Origin: an uncultured Anaerolineales bacterium
GTDB taxonomy: Bacteria > Chloroflexota > Anaerolineae > B4-G1
DNA length: 54,895 bases
Assembly: GCA_964568065.1 (NCBI GenBank)
Contig: CAZMOT010000004.1
Location: 1 to 54,895, forward strand
Direction: 5' to 3'
Shown here: positions 44,312 to 54,394 of the stretch, piece after piece
Position numbering within the stretch: position 1 is the first letter of the stretch
Layout of the letters: every line of letters starts with the position of its first letter
Notes under the pieces: model-generated
Database searches by the model: none
What the model was told of the DNA's origin: nothing
What the model saw: only the letters and a program-made list of their open reading frames with translations
Position numbers and translations under genes: made by a program

Positions 44312-45415
44312 TCACCGCTCCCCCTCCATCACGTACCGCGTCACCTCGTTCACGCTCAACTGCTCGATGCCCAGTTTGTCCAGCGTGCGCCCGCGCCGCC
44401 AGTAGTCGGTGCGGTGGATGATGCAGGCCAGGCGGATGATGCTGTCCATCCCCCGCACCCGCACGCCGTACCGCTGCCCCAGCGCGGCGATAGGCACCAG
44501 GCTCATCGGCACATCCTCCGTGATGTAGCGTTGGTTCAGCGTGGGCGGAGCCTTGATACCACGATAGCCGGGTTGGTTGTGGATCGCCTCGTGTAAACTT
44601 GCACCGGTAGCATCGTAGGCCATCCTCAACCACTCTATCCCCGTCCGGGCACGGATGCCCAGCGATGCCGCTACCGTCACCCTCTCCCGGTCCAGTGCCT
44701 CCAGGACACTGGCTACCGATGGGGTCACGCCGTCAATGTAGAACTGGAACTCACCGCCGGTGGATTCGATGCGCCCAGTGTTGAGCAGGGTGAGGGCAGG
44801 GTGGAAGATGGCGCCCATGTTGTTCAGACTGGTGTGCAATACGCTTGTGCCGTCAATGAAGCGGGGGTAAGCCGAAGCCAGCGCTTCCAATACTCGTGGT
44901 GTGCGGGTGGCCGGCAGCGCTGCCAGCGGCACCGCCTCCTTGATGCGAAAGATACGGGCCTGAGCTGGCCCCTCGGAGCGGCTGGCGTAGACCAGCGTCT
45001 CCGCCTCCGCCACGGTAACGTCGGCCTGGCAGCCGCGCTCGCGTAGCACGTACACAAACTCAAGGGCGCCGCCGGTCCGTCCGGGGTTCAGCACGACGAT
45101 CTGCCCGTCGCGCAGATGTGGCGCGGCGACCTCGGCGATGTCGACGTGGGCCGTGGCGGGGACGACCACCATGATGATTTCAGCCCGCTCCAGCGCCTCG
45201 CCCATGTCCGACGTGACCAGGGCCAGCCGGCCAAAGCCGTGCGGCCCTTCCTCGTAGCTCGTCAGTTCGATTCCGCCCCGCGTCTTGATGGCGGCGACGT
45301 TCTCCGGCGTGCGGTTATACAACGTGACCGGGAAGCCCATCAGAGCCAGGTGAGCTGCCATCGCCTTGCCGCCGTGACCGGCGCCGATAACTGTGTAGCG
45401 CGTCTCCTTGTCCAT
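44312..45415 (-). CDS. NAD/NADP octopine/nopaline (opine) dehydrogenase family protein
   Basis: VIGAGHGG, LNPGRTGG, SLNNMGAIFHP, FY.DG.TP, RYITEDVP. Confidence 0.92.
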   Translation of the reverse strand: MDKETRYTVIGAGHGGKAMAAHLALMGFPVTLYNRTPENVAAIKTRGGIELTSYEEGPHGFGRLALVTSDMGEALERAEIIMVVVPATAHVDIAEVAAPHLRDGQIVVLNPGRTGGALEFVYVLRERGCQADVTVAEAETLVYASRSEGPAQARIFRIKEAVPLAALPATRTPRVLEALASAYPRFIDGTSVLHTSLNNMGAIFHPALTLLNTGRIESTGGEFQFYIDGVTPSVASVLEALDRERVTVAASLGIRARTGIEWLRMAYDATGASLHEAIHNQPGYRGIKAPPTLNQRYITEDVPMSLVPIAALGQRYGVRVRGMDSIIRLACIIHRTDYWRRGRTLDKLGIEQLSVNEVTRYVMEGER

Positions 45416-45443
45416 TCAGACCCTCCTATTTCCTCTGTTACTA

Positions 45444-47126
45444 CTATGTACCAAACCGGATGCCCAGGCTGGCGATGCGTTCTTCTTCCGGCAGCGCCCG
45501 TCCAGTCGCCGGGTCCACCGCCACGCAGGCCCCGCGCGGGTCTATGCGGGTGACAATCTGCCCGCGGGCGAAGAGGTTGTTGCGCAGGTGGGGGGCGTCC
45601 AGCACCCCCGCCGTCACCGCCCGGGCCAGAGTGGTGGGGTCTGTGAGTGGATTGGCCACTTCCGGCCCAGCCAAGGCGCGGATGGCCTCCAGGGTCACCC
45701 GGGCCTCCCGCATCAGTTCCTCCTTGCGCTGCTGGACGGCGGGGTCGGCCGTCATATTCGGCTGGCCGCGGAGCCCGTTCTCGATAGCCCGGCGGGCCAG
45801 TTTGCAGGCTTCGATCACGTCGTCGTCGGTGGCAGCGTGGTGGGCCTCGGTGTGGCCGACGACGTGGACGACGTGAGGGCGCAGCGCCATCTGCAGGTAG
45901 ACGCTGGCCGCCAGGTGGGCGCGGGCTGCGTCCGGGTCCAGCGGATAACTCAGCAGCCCCGTGCGCGTCTGCCGCCAGATGCGAAAAGACCCCCTCCCCG
46001 ACCCTCCCCCATCGGGGGAGGGAGAAGAAAGCGGCGCGCTCATCTCCAGGCAGGCCAGCATCTTGGCCAGGTCCATCGCGTCGGAAAGGCCCGGCGGGCT
46101 GTTGAACATCATCTGGGCGATGTAGTCGCGCACGCCAAGGGCACGGGCGTTATAGGCCGAGAGGTAGGCCGAGACGACGAAGGTGACATCCGCCGCATCG
46201 CGCATCCCCCAGTGATGCGGCTCGTTCAGTTCCACCGGTATACACCGCTCGCCGTACCAGGCCATCACCTTCTGGTGCTCGCGGATAGAGTCCTCCAGGT
46301 CCCAGGGGCCGCGGCCGTCCATCAGGTTGAACCAGAAGATGGGGATGGCACACCAGGCGATGTGGATGGTCTCGACGTACATCTCGGCCAGGCGGATGAA
46401 GTCGTCGGTACCGGAGTAGGTGCGCAGGAGGGGAAAGTTGCCGCGCCGGCTGGCGGCGAAGAGGACACGGTAGTCGTCGGGGCTGCGCACCGGCACACCG
46501 CCCGCCCCCCGGCGGCGCGGATCCTGCCGCTCCGGGTGGAAGAAATTGGCCTGGGCGTCCTGGTCAATGCCCAGGGAGACGACGTCCAGCACCTGGGCCT
46601 CGGCGATGCGGACTACCCCAGCGCGGGTAGCCTCCACCGTCGGTAGTCCAAAGTGGTGGCGGATGATGGGAAAGGGAGCCTTCCAGGCGATGCGCTCCGT
46701 GGTAGTTGGGGGGAAATCGACTGCGGTGGGTTCGGCGTGGGACTGGCCCTTGAGGTAGGCTAGCACGACCTCGGCCGGCTCGCTGCCGTCGAAGACACGC
46801 TCGAAGAAGCCGATGGCCTGTGCCCGCTCGGCCACCGGCGGCGTGCCGCCGAAGGCAAAGCGCACACCAGCGGCGCGCAGGTCGTCCGCTTCCTCTACGA
46901 ACTCGGCCAACAACTGCTCGCCCGTCTCTGGCGTCAGGCGGTAGGAGACGCCCACCAGGTCAGCCCGCTCGCGTCGGGCCGCCTCCAACACCTCCTCGAC
47001 CGACACCGCCGGGCCGAGGAAAACAGTGCGCCAGCCGGCTGCCCCGGCCAGGCGCAGAAAGTTCAGCACCCCGGCCACGTGGACACATTCGCCCAATGCG
47101 CCAGCAATGACTGTCTTCGCCATCAT
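45444..47126 (-). CDS. Cobalamin-binding-domain protein with large uncharacterised C-terminal domain
   Basis: N-terminal GECVHVAG...FLG...VGVSY...FGGT B12-binding pattern; HHFGLP, GAGGVPVR, NEPHHWGMR. Confidence 0.85.
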   Translation of the reverse strand: MMAKTVIAGALGECVHVAGVLNFLRLAGAAGWRTVFLGPAVSVEEVLEAARRERADLVGVSYRLTPETGEQLLAEFVEEADDLRAAGVRFAFGGTPPVAERAQAIGFFERVFDGSEPAEVVLAYLKGQSHAEPTAVDFPPTTTERIAWKAPFPIIRHHFGLPTVEATRAGVVRIAEAQVLDVVSLGIDQDAQANFFHPERQDPRRRGAGGVPVRSPDDYRVLFAASRRGNFPLLRTYSGTDDFIRLAEMYVETIHIAWCAIPIFWFNLMDGRGPWDLEDSIREHQKVMAWYGERCIPVELNEPHHWGMRDAADVTFVVSAYLSAYNARALGVRDYIAQMMFNSPPGLSDAMDLAKMLACLEMSAPLSSPSPDGGGSGRGSFRIWRQTRTGLLSYPLDPDAARAHLAASVYLQMALRPHVVHVVGHTEAHHAATDDDVIEACKLARRAIENGLRGQPNMTADPAVQQRKEELMREARVTLEAIRALAGPEVANPLTDPTTLARAVTAGVLDAPHLRNNLFARGQIVTRIDPRGACVAVDPATGRALPEEERIASLGIRFGT

Positions 47127-47234
47127 CTGCCTCCATCCCTTCCAGTATATTGGAGAAGCGCCTGCGTGTCAACTTGGTAGACTGGCCGTGCCATGATATA
47201 ATCTCCATCTAGCTGCTGACTGCTAGCTAATGAT

Positions 47235-48815
47235 ATGCTGACCGACTATCGTGTCCGGCAACGAGAATACCTCTTGGAGATCAGCCGTGCCCTCACGGCG
47301 CAACTCAACCTGGACGAGTTGCTGCAGATGGTGCTGGAGGCGGCGGCGAATATGCTGGCAGGACAGGCTGGTCTCATCGCCCTGCGCAGCCCCGACGGAG
47401 GTTTCACCATCCGCGCCAGTTACGGTCTGCCCCAGGCGTTGAAACCTTACTTTGAGCCTTTGCTGACGGATATCCCCGACGATGCTGACCGCAGCCGGTT
47501 CAACATTCCCGGTCTGGCAGACAAACTGGGCCGGATCGTGGCAGGCCTTGGCTTGCGCTTGCAACAGGTAGTGGCGCTTCCGATGGAGATCAAGCGGGAA
47601 CTGATCGGCGTGCTGTATGTGTTTCGTGCTTACGGAACTCGCTTCACTGCCAACGACCGCCAGATCCTCGCCAGTTTCGCCGACCACGCCGCTATCGCGG
47701 TGTACAATGCACAACTCTACGAGAGCATTTCTCAGGAGAAGCGCCGGCTCGATGCCATTCTGGAGTATAGTGCCGATGGGGTGTTGATCCTCGCCCGCGC
47801 TCACCGCATTGTCGTCTTCAACCATGCGCTGGCGCAACTGAGCGGTTGGTCGGCGGCCGAGGCGCTGGGCCGCCATCACGACGAGGTGATCCGGTGGGCG
47901 CGTCTGGAAACGGACAGGGACCTCGCTGGCGCAGTGGCGGGCGGCTGGCCGCTGCCGTCGGTCCAGCCGCTCTATGTCGAGGGGGACCTGCGCCGGCGAA
48001 ATGGCGGAACCGTCAGCGTCGGCATCACGTACGCGCCGCTCTTCGACCGTGGGGGCCACCTGGTCAACGTCATCGCCAACGTGCGTGACATCACGCGCTT
48101 CCGCGAGGCAGACGAGATCAAGTCCACTTTCATCTCCGTGATTTCCCACGAACTCAAGACCCCGGTCGCGCTGATCAAGGGCTACGCCGACACTCTGTTG
48201 CGCGAAGATGCCCATTGGGACCCGGAGACGACGCGGGAAAGCCTGACGGTTGTCTTAGAGGAGGCCGACCGCCTCAATCAACTGATTGATAACCTGCTCG
48301 ATGCCTCGCGGCTCCAGGCGGGGGGGGTGCCATTAGAGCTGGATCGGGTAGCGCTCGACGCGCTGGCCGAGCGTGTGGCCAGCCGCTTCCGCACGCAGAC
48401 CCAGATTCACGAGATTGTCGTTCGTTTTCCCCGCGATTTCCCGACCATCACGGGAGATCCGGGCCGGCTGGAACAGGTGCTGAGCAACCTGGTATCGAAT
48501 GGTATCAAGTACTCTCCCGCAGGTGGACGCATCGAGATCAGTGGCCGTGCATTGCCCAACGAGGTGGTCATCACTGTATCGGACGAAGGAGCGGGTATCC
48601 CGTTCCAGGAGCAGCCTCGCATCTTTGAGCGTTTCTTTCGTGGAGCGCAGGAGCGCCACCAGCGCACGCCTGGGGCCGGCCTGGGGTTGTACCTGGCTAA
48701 GGCAATCACTGAGGCCCACGGCGGACGCATGTGGGTCGAGAGCAGCCCTGGAAAGGGGGCTGCTTTCTCGTTCGCCATTCCGATGGCGCGCTATTCCGCG
48801 CTAACAGAACGCTGA
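47235..48815 (+). CDS. GAF-PAS sensor histidine kinase
   Basis: ISHELKTPV, NLVSNGIKYS, DEGAGI, GAGLGLY. Confidence 0.94.
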   Translation: MLTDYRVRQREYLLEISRALTAQLNLDELLQMVLEAAANMLAGQAGLIALRSPDGGFTIRASYGLPQALKPYFEPLLTDIPDDADRSRFNIPGLADKLGRIVAGLGLRLQQVVALPMEIKRELIGVLYVFRAYGTRFTANDRQILASFADHAAIAVYNAQLYESISQEKRRLDAILEYSADGVLILARAHRIVVFNHALAQLSGWSAAEALGRHHDEVIRWARLETDRDLAGAVAGGWPLPSVQPLYVEGDLRRRNGGTVSVGITYAPLFDRGGHLVNVIANVRDITRFREADEIKSTFISVISHELKTPVALIKGYADTLLREDAHWDPETTRESLTVVLEEADRLNQLIDNLLDASRLQAGGVPLELDRVALDALAERVASRFRTQTQIHEIVVRFPRDFPTITGDPGRLEQVLSNLVSNGIKYSPAGGRIEISGRALPNEVVITVSDEGAGIPFQEQPRIFERFFRGAQERHQRTPGAGLGLYLAKAITEAHGGRMWVESSPGKGAAFSFAIPMARYSALTER

Positions 48816-48832
48816 TTGAAGGGAGTCCAACT

Positions 48833-50173
48833 ATGTCTCGAGTATTGCTCGCCCGTGTGACTTGTCCCGGTTGCCAGAATCAGTTCCAGACCCCTGTGGA
48901 GCAGGTACTGGATGTCAGAGCCGATCCCAGCGCCAAGGTACGGATGCTCAACGGCCTGGTCAATGCGACCATCTGTCCCCATTGTGGAATGCGTGGGGCG
49001 CTTAACCTGCCGTTTCTCTACCACGATCCTGATAAGGAACTGGCGTTGGTTTATATGCCGATGGGAGCTGGGCGCGATGACCTTGAGCGCCAACAGGCCA
49101 TCGGCCAGTTCACCCAGGCAGTGCTGGAGAGCCTTCCCCCTGAGGAACGCAAAGCATATCTGCTGCAGCCCCAGGTCTTCCTCACGCTGGAGAACCTGTC
49201 AGATAAGATTCTCGAGGCGGATGGCGTCACTCCAGAGATGATCGAAGAGCAGAAGACCAAGGCAGAACTGCTGCAGCGGATGCTCGATGCCACATCTGAT
49301 GAAGCTTTGGAGGCGATGATCAAGGAGAACGACGATGCCATTGACGTCGCTTTCTTCCGATTGCTGGCTATGAACGTGGAACTAGCACAATCCGCAGGGC
49401 AGGCAGCCAGCACACAGCGGATCCTGGGACTGCGTAACAAACTGCTGGAGTCGAGCAGCGAAGGACAGGTGATCAAGGCACGGGGTGAGATGCTAGAGGC
49501 ACTACGCGCCGAACCGACCCGCGAGAAATTGCTGGAACTGCTTGTCCAGACCCCTGACGAGAGCGCGAGAAAGATATTGATCACGTTTGGCCGGACGCTG
49601 TTGGATTACTCATTCTTTCAGTCTCTCACGTCTCGAATTGATTCGGCCTCTGGTAAAGATGAGCAAGAGCGGTTGTCCGCACTGCGCAGGGAGATCCTGG
49701 CTATTCGAGACCGGCTCGATGAGGAGGCGCGCGCGCTGTACGAAGAACGCGCTGCGCTCCTGCGAGACCTGCTGCTGAGCGACGACCCCGAAAGGCTGGC
49801 GCGCCAGCGTTTTCTGGAACTGGATCAGGCTTTCTTCAACGTGCTGACGGCCAATCTGGAAGAGGCGCAGGCCGCAGGCGACGCGGAGTCTGTTAAGGCG
49901 TTGCAGGCGATCTGGGGTCTGGTATTGCTGCTGGCGGAGGAAACACTCCCGCCGGAACTACAACTCCTCAACCGGCTGATGGCTGTCGAGGAAGATGCGG
50001 AAATCGAGAGACTGTTGCAAGAAAATCGCGACCTGGTGACGGAGCAGTTGGTGCCGCTCCTGGAGGAGGCGGAGGCCGGTATACGAGAGGAAGGCACGTT
50101 GGAGGTCGCTGAGCGCCTGGCATCGGTGCTGGAGAAAGCGAAAGCGATGGTGGCAGAGGCAACTTCTGCCTGA
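48833..50173 (+). CDS. CpXC-domain protein
   Basis: CPGC...CPHCG...PFLYHDPDKEL; helical C-terminus. Confidence 0.85.
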   Translation: MSRVLLARVTCPGCQNQFQTPVEQVLDVRADPSAKVRMLNGLVNATICPHCGMRGALNLPFLYHDPDKELALVYMPMGAGRDDLERQQAIGQFTQAVLESLPPEERKAYLLQPQVFLTLENLSDKILEADGVTPEMIEEQKTKAELLQRMLDATSDEALEAMIKENDDAIDVAFFRLLAMNVELAQSAGQAASTQRILGLRNKLLESSSEGQVIKARGEMLEALRAEPTREKLLELLVQTPDESARKILITFGRTLLDYSFFQSLTSRIDSASGKDEQERLSALRREILAIRDRLDEEARALYEERAALLRDLLLSDDPERLARQRFLELDQAFFNVLTANLEEAQAAGDAESVKALQAIWGLVLLLAEETLPPELQLLNRLMAVEEDAEIERLLQENRDLVTEQLVPLLEEAEAGIREEGTLEVAERLASVLEKAKAMVAEATSA

Positions 50174-50239
50174 CGCTGGTCTGTCAAATGATAGTCTCAC
50201 TTACGTTATACGCAGTACATTTAGGTAAGGAGGTGTACC

Positions 50240-51037
50240 TTGCACATTGTAGTATGTACCAAGCACACGCCTGACTCGGAAGCCAAAATGTCGGTGGATG
50301 AGGCAGGCAACGTCTCCTGGGGGGAGTCACCACTGATTATCAATCCCTGGGACGAGTACGCCGTGGAGGAGGCACTGCTGCTCCGTGACCAACACGGCGG
50401 GAAAGTCACCGTCATCTCGATGGGACCGGAGGAGGCGCTGGAAGCGCTGAAGCACGCCATCGCGATGGGCTGCGACGACGCCATCCGCGTCTGGGACGAC
50501 GCCTGCGTCGGCTCCGACACCCTCGCCACCAGCTACGTGCTGGCGAAGGCCATCGAAAAGATGGGTGACGTGGATCTGGTCCTCTTCGGCAAGTCGGCGA
50601 TTGACGCTCAGACGTGGCAGGCCGGCGCGGCTGTTGCCAGGCGTCTGGGCTATCCTTCGCTGATGTACGTTATCAAGATCGCCGAACTGGACCCCGATGG
50701 GAAGGCTATCACCGTCGAGCGGCTGCTGGAGGAGGGACGCCAGGTGGTGTCGGCTCCGCTGCCCGCCGTGGTCGGCACGACCAAGGGCATCAACGAGCCG
50801 CGTTATACCTCCTTCATCGGCATCCGCAAAGCGGCCAAGATAGAGTATCCCACCTGGGCGCTGGCCGATGTCGGCGCGGAGGCCGACCAGGTGGGCGCAG
50901 CCGGCTCCGGTGTGCGCTGGCCAGAGGTCTTCATGCCGCCGGTGCGCGGGGGCGAGGCCGAGATCATCGAGGCCGAGACGGTAGAGGAAGCGGCCGCGGT
51001 CCTGGTCGAGAAGCTGTTGGCCGAGAAAGTGGTCTAG
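50240..51037 (+). CDS. etfB: Electron transfer flavoprotein beta subunit (second copy)
   Basis: IVVCTKHTPD, INPWDEYAVEEA, GSDTLATS, NEPRY. Confidence 0.95.
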   Translation: MHIVVCTKHTPDSEAKMSVDEAGNVSWGESPLIINPWDEYAVEEALLLRDQHGGKVTVISMGPEEALEALKHAIAMGCDDAIRVWDDACVGSDTLATSYVLAKAIEKMGDVDLVLFGKSAIDAQTWQAGAAVARRLGYPSLMYVIKIAELDPDGKAITVERLLEEGRQVVSAPLPAVVGTTKGINEPRYTSFIGIRKAAKIEYPTWALADVGAEADQVGAAGSGVRWPEVFMPPVRGGEAEIIEAETVEEAAAVLVEKLLAEKVV

Positions 51038-51048
51038 GAGGCGATGCA

Positions 51049-52035
51049 ATGAGTAACGACATCTTTGTTTGGGTAGAACAGTTCAAAGGAAAGCCCGCGA
51101 GTGTCTCCTGGGAGGCCGTCGGCGTGGCTCGCCGCCTGGCGAACGAACTGGGTGGCAGTGTGACCACCTGTATCTTTGGCGGGGAAGGTGCAGAAGCCCT
51201 GGAGCAGGAGGCCTTCTTCTACGGAGCCGACAAGGTCCTTCTGGCCAAAGACGCGACGCTGGCCGACTTCCGCGTCGAGCCGCAGGCCGCATTGCTGGCC
51301 AAGGCGGTTCGCGAGGCCGAGCCTGCCGTTGTCCTCATCGGCGCAACCTTCCGCGGGCGCGAGTTGGGACCCATGCTGGCGGTGGAACTGGATACCGGCT
51401 GCATCGCCGACTGCACCACGCTGGAGTTCGAGGATGGCCAACTGGTTGCCACACGCCCCATCTATGCGGGCAAGCTACTCTCCAGGTGCGTCATCCCTGA
51501 GCGGCGGCCGCAGATCTTTACCACGCGCGTGCGTGCTTTCCCCAGGCCAGAGCCCGATACCGCCCGAAGTGGTGAGGTGGTGCGGATGGAGCCGGTCATG
51601 GGCGAGGACGACATCGCCTCCCAAGTGACGGGCTTCCGGGAGACCGAGGGCGGCGTGAGTCTGGCCGACGCTGGCACCATCGTCTCCGGTGGGCGGGGCG
51701 TCGGCGGACCGGAGGGTTTCGAGCCCGTGCGCGAACTGGCACAGGCGCTGGGCGCTGCGTTGGGAGCCTCCCGCGCCGCTGTGGACGCCGGCTGGATTCC
51801 CTACGAGCACCAGGTAGGCCAGACCGGCAAGACAGTCAACCCCGACCTGTACATCGCCTGCGGCATCTCAGGCGCGATCCAGCATCAGGCCGGTATGCGC
51901 ACCAGCCAGGTCATTGTCGCCGTCAACAAGGACCCTGAAGCGCCGATCTTCAAACTGGCCCACTATGGCATCGTCGGTGACCTGTTTAAGGTGGTACCTG
52001 CACTTACGGCGGCTCTCAAGGAGAAACTCGAGTAG
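51049..52035 (+). CDS. etfA: Electron transfer flavoprotein alpha subunit (second copy)
   Basis: RPIYAG, VSGGRG, ASRAAVDAGW, QVGQTGKTV.PDLYIACGISGAIQH. Confidence 0.96.
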   Translation: MSNDIFVWVEQFKGKPASVSWEAVGVARRLANELGGSVTTCIFGGEGAEALEQEAFFYGADKVLLAKDATLADFRVEPQAALLAKAVREAEPAVVLIGATFRGRELGPMLAVELDTGCIADCTTLEFEDGQLVATRPIYAGKLLSRCVIPERRPQIFTTRVRAFPRPEPDTARSGEVVRMEPVMGEDDIASQVTGFRETEGGVSLADAGTIVSGGRGVGGPEGFEPVRELAQALGAALGASRAAVDAGWIPYEHQVGQTGKTVNPDLYIACGISGAIQHQAGMRTSQVIVAVNKDPEAPIFKLAHYGIVGDLFKVVPALTAALKEKLE

Positions 52036-52060
52036 ATTCAGTCACAGCGAGCTATTGTCA

Positions 52061-52093
52061 GGACCCCGTTTTCTGGCAACAGAGACGGGGTCC
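52061..52093. terminator. Hairpin after etfA (terminator or REP-like)
   Basis: GGACCCCGTTTTCTG...CAGAGACGGGGTCC. Confidence 0.5.
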
Positions 52094-52099
52094 TGCACC

Positions 52100-52127
52100 T
52101 TGACCCTATGATTGATCATGGTATAAT
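52100..52127 (+). promoter_or_regulatory. tRNA promoter
   Basis: TTGACC, 16 nt, TATAAT with extended TG, 8 nt before tRNA-Thr. Confidence 0.7.
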
Positions 52128-52135
52128 CTCATTGC

Positions 52136-52208
52136 GCCGGCGTAGCTCAAGCGGCAGAGCAACTGACTTGTAATCAGTAGGTTATGGGTTCAAGTCCCAT
52201 CGCCGGCT
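52136..52208 (+). tRNA. tRNA-Thr(UGU)
   Basis: GCCGGCG/CGCCGGC acceptor stem, anticodon loop CTTGTAA, GGTTCAAGTCC T-arm; CCA not encoded. Confidence 0.96.
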
Positions 52209-52294
52209 CAGGTGGTCGCTGATTGCCGGGAGCAGGTCGCGGGGGGTTGCCTCATGGGCCTGTTTCCTGCAGCAAGTGACTGGCTGCAAGACGT

Positions 52295-52376
52295 GGGTCG
52301 GTGTCCCGAGCGGCAAAGGGGGCGGACTGTAAATCCGCTGGCTCAGCCTTCGCAGGTTCGAGTCCTGCCCGGCCCA
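52295..52376 (+). tRNA. tRNA-Tyr(GUA)
   Basis: GGGTCGG/CCGGCCC acceptor stem, anticodon loop CTGTAAA, long variable arm, GGTTCGAGTCC. Confidence 0.96.
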
Positions 52377-52429
52377 CCTTTCTTGAAAACGTTGAAAACG
52401 CAATAGTGCCCCTTGACGGTGCTGTGACG

Positions 52430-52663
52430 ATGTTCCAGTCTGTGCCACCGCGCGTGATCACGCCTGTCGTCTGGCTTGAGGCCTCGGAGTGACTGGCGTC
52501 TGAGGAGGCGTCGGAATTATCCGGGTATAGTCTTGAGATTGCCCACTGGATGATTCAAGACGGCGCGGTGGAAATTATACGTGGCGACGGCTGGCTGATC
52601 GAGAAGGATAGCCTCTACGGGTTTCAAGAGGCGCTGGTCATGGTCCTGCACTGGGAGCAGTAA
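52430..52663 (+). pseudogene. Excisionase-like HTH remnant with in-frame TGA at 52490-52492
   Basis: E*LASEEASELSGYSLEIAHWMIQDGAVE...GWLIEKDSL fits the W-L-x-x-E-A-x-E-L...G...W-L-I pattern. Confidence 0.5.
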
Positions 52664-52710
52664 ACCTCGGTGGGGCTGAATCCGTGGTCGGTTGCCCCAA
52701 CGTTAGCACT

Positions 52711-52736
52711 GCCCCACCCGGTAGGGTGGGGTTTTT
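52711..52736 (+). terminator. Intrinsic terminator-like hairpin
   Basis: CCCCACCC-GGTA-GGGTGGGG followed by TTTTT. Confidence 0.7.
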
Positions 52737-52783
52737 CGTTCCAGGGCAAGTTCAACAAGACCACACACTGACAAGGAGTGTGT

Positions 52784-54376
52784 ATGCCAACCGACAACAC
52801 CGAGATCGAAAAACGCCTTTGGGGCGCCGCCGACGAACTGCGGGCCAACTCCAAGCTCAAGGCGTCTGAATATTCCGTCCCTGTCCTGGGGCTCATCTTT
52901 CTGCGCTATGCCGACCACAAGTTCGCCCACGCCGAGCAGGCGATCAAGGCAAAACGAGTCACGACCACCGGCCGCCGCCAGCGTCCCATCACCAGGGACG
53001 ACTACCACGCTCGCGGCGTCCTCTTCATGCCCGACGAGGCTCGCTTCCAGCGCCTGGTGGAACTTCCGGAGGGCGAGAACATCGGCCGGGCCATCAACGC
53101 CGCGATGAAGGCCATCGAGGCGGAGAATCCCGACCTCAGGGACATGCTCCCCAAGACCTATAACCGCCTGGCCAATGCCACCCTGGTCTCTCTGCTCAAG
53201 ATCTTTAACGCCATCCAGATGGACCTGGAGGGCGACGTCTTTGGCAAGATCTATGAGTACTTCCTGGGCAATTTCGCCAGAGCCGAGGGCCAGCGGGGCG
53301 GCGAGTTCTTCACCCCCACCTCCATCGTCCGGCTGATCGTGGAGATCATTGAGCCCTACCACGGCCGCATCCTCGACCCGGCCTGCGGCTCTGGCGGCAT
53401 GTTTGTGCAGAGCGCGCGGTTTGTCGAGCGGCACCAGCAGAGCCCCAAGGAGATCAGCATCTATGGCCAGGAGCGGGTCGCCGAGACGGTGCGCCTGTGC
53501 AAGATGAACCTGGCCGTCCACGGCCTGGCCGGCGACGTCCGCCAGGGCAACACCTACTACGAGGACATCCACCGCAGCCTGGGCAAGTTCGGCTTCGTGA
53601 TGGCCAACCCGCCTTTCAACGTCAACCGGGTGGACAAGGACCGCCTCAAGGACGATCCCCGTTTCCCCTTCGTCCTGCCCCGGGTGGATAACGCCAACTA
53701 CCTCTGGATCCAGATCTTTTACAGCGCGCTGGACGAGATGGGCCGGGCGGGCTTTGTGATGGCCAACTCCGCCGCCGACGCCCGAGGCTCCGAGTTGGAG
53801 ATCCGCAAGCAGTTGATCCAGACCGGCGCGGTGGACGTGATGGTCGCGGTGGCCTCCAACTTTTTCTACACCGTGACCCTCCCCTGCACCCTCTGGTTCC
53901 TCGACCGAGGAAAGGCCAAGGCGGCTCCCTCTCCTGATGGGAGAGGGCGGGGGGAGAGGTCCGACCAGGTACTCTTCGTAGATGCCCGCCGCATCTACAC
54001 GCAGGTAGACCGCGCCCATCGCGAGTTCACGCCGGCACAGATCGAGTTCCTGGCCAATATCGTGCGCCTCTACCGGGGCCGCGAGCCGGAGACCGAGCAG
54101 GGTAGCACCGAGTTGATGGCCGGGCACTTTCCCGACGGGGTCTACCAGGACGTGCCGGGGCTGTGCAGGGTGGCGACGCGGGAAGAGATCGAGGCCCAGG
54201 GCTGGAGCCTCAACCCGGGGCGCTACGTGGGCGTGGCCGAGCGGGAAGAGGAGGACTTTGACTTTGCCGAGCGGCTGATGGAGTTGCAGCAGGAATTGGA
54301 GGTACTCAACGCCGAGGCGCACGAACTAGAAGAGCGCATCGCGGAGAATGTGACCCAATTGTTGAATATTGTGTAA
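52784..54376 (+). CDS. hsdM: Type I restriction-modification methyltransferase subunit
   Basis: [42 protein letters not shown]. Confidence 0.96.
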   Translation: MPTDNTEIEKRLWGAADELRANSKLKASEYSVPVLGLIFLRYADHKFAHAEQAIKAKRVTTTGRRQRPITRDDYHARGVLFMPDEARFQRLVELPEGENIGRAINAAMKAIEAENPDLRDMLPKTYNRLANATLVSLLKIFNAIQMDLEGDVFGKIYEYFLGNFARAEGQRGGEFFTPTSIVRLIVEIIEPYHGRILDPACGSGGMFVQSARFVERHQQSPKEISIYGQERVAETVRLCKMNLAVHGLAGDVRQGNTYYEDIHRSLGKFGFVMANPPFNVNRVDKDRLKDDPRFPFVLPRVDNANYLWIQIFYSALDEMGRAGFVMANSAADARGSELEIRKQLIQTGAVDVMVAVASNFFYTVTLPCTLWFLDRGKAKAAPSPDGRGRGERSDQVLFVDARRIYTQVDRAHREFTPAQIEFLANIVRLYRGREPETEQGSTELMAGHFPDGVYQDVPGLCRVATREEIEAQGWSLNPGRYVGVAEREEEDFDFAERLMELQQELEVLNAEAHELEERIAENVTQLLNIV

Positions 54377-54394
54377 TTGAAAGGAGTAAGGCTA

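Noticed and set aside
52490-52492. TGA in the excisionase-like ORF as recoding
   Set aside because: Falls where Trp is expected (TGG to TGA); TGA is a normal stop for many genes in this window
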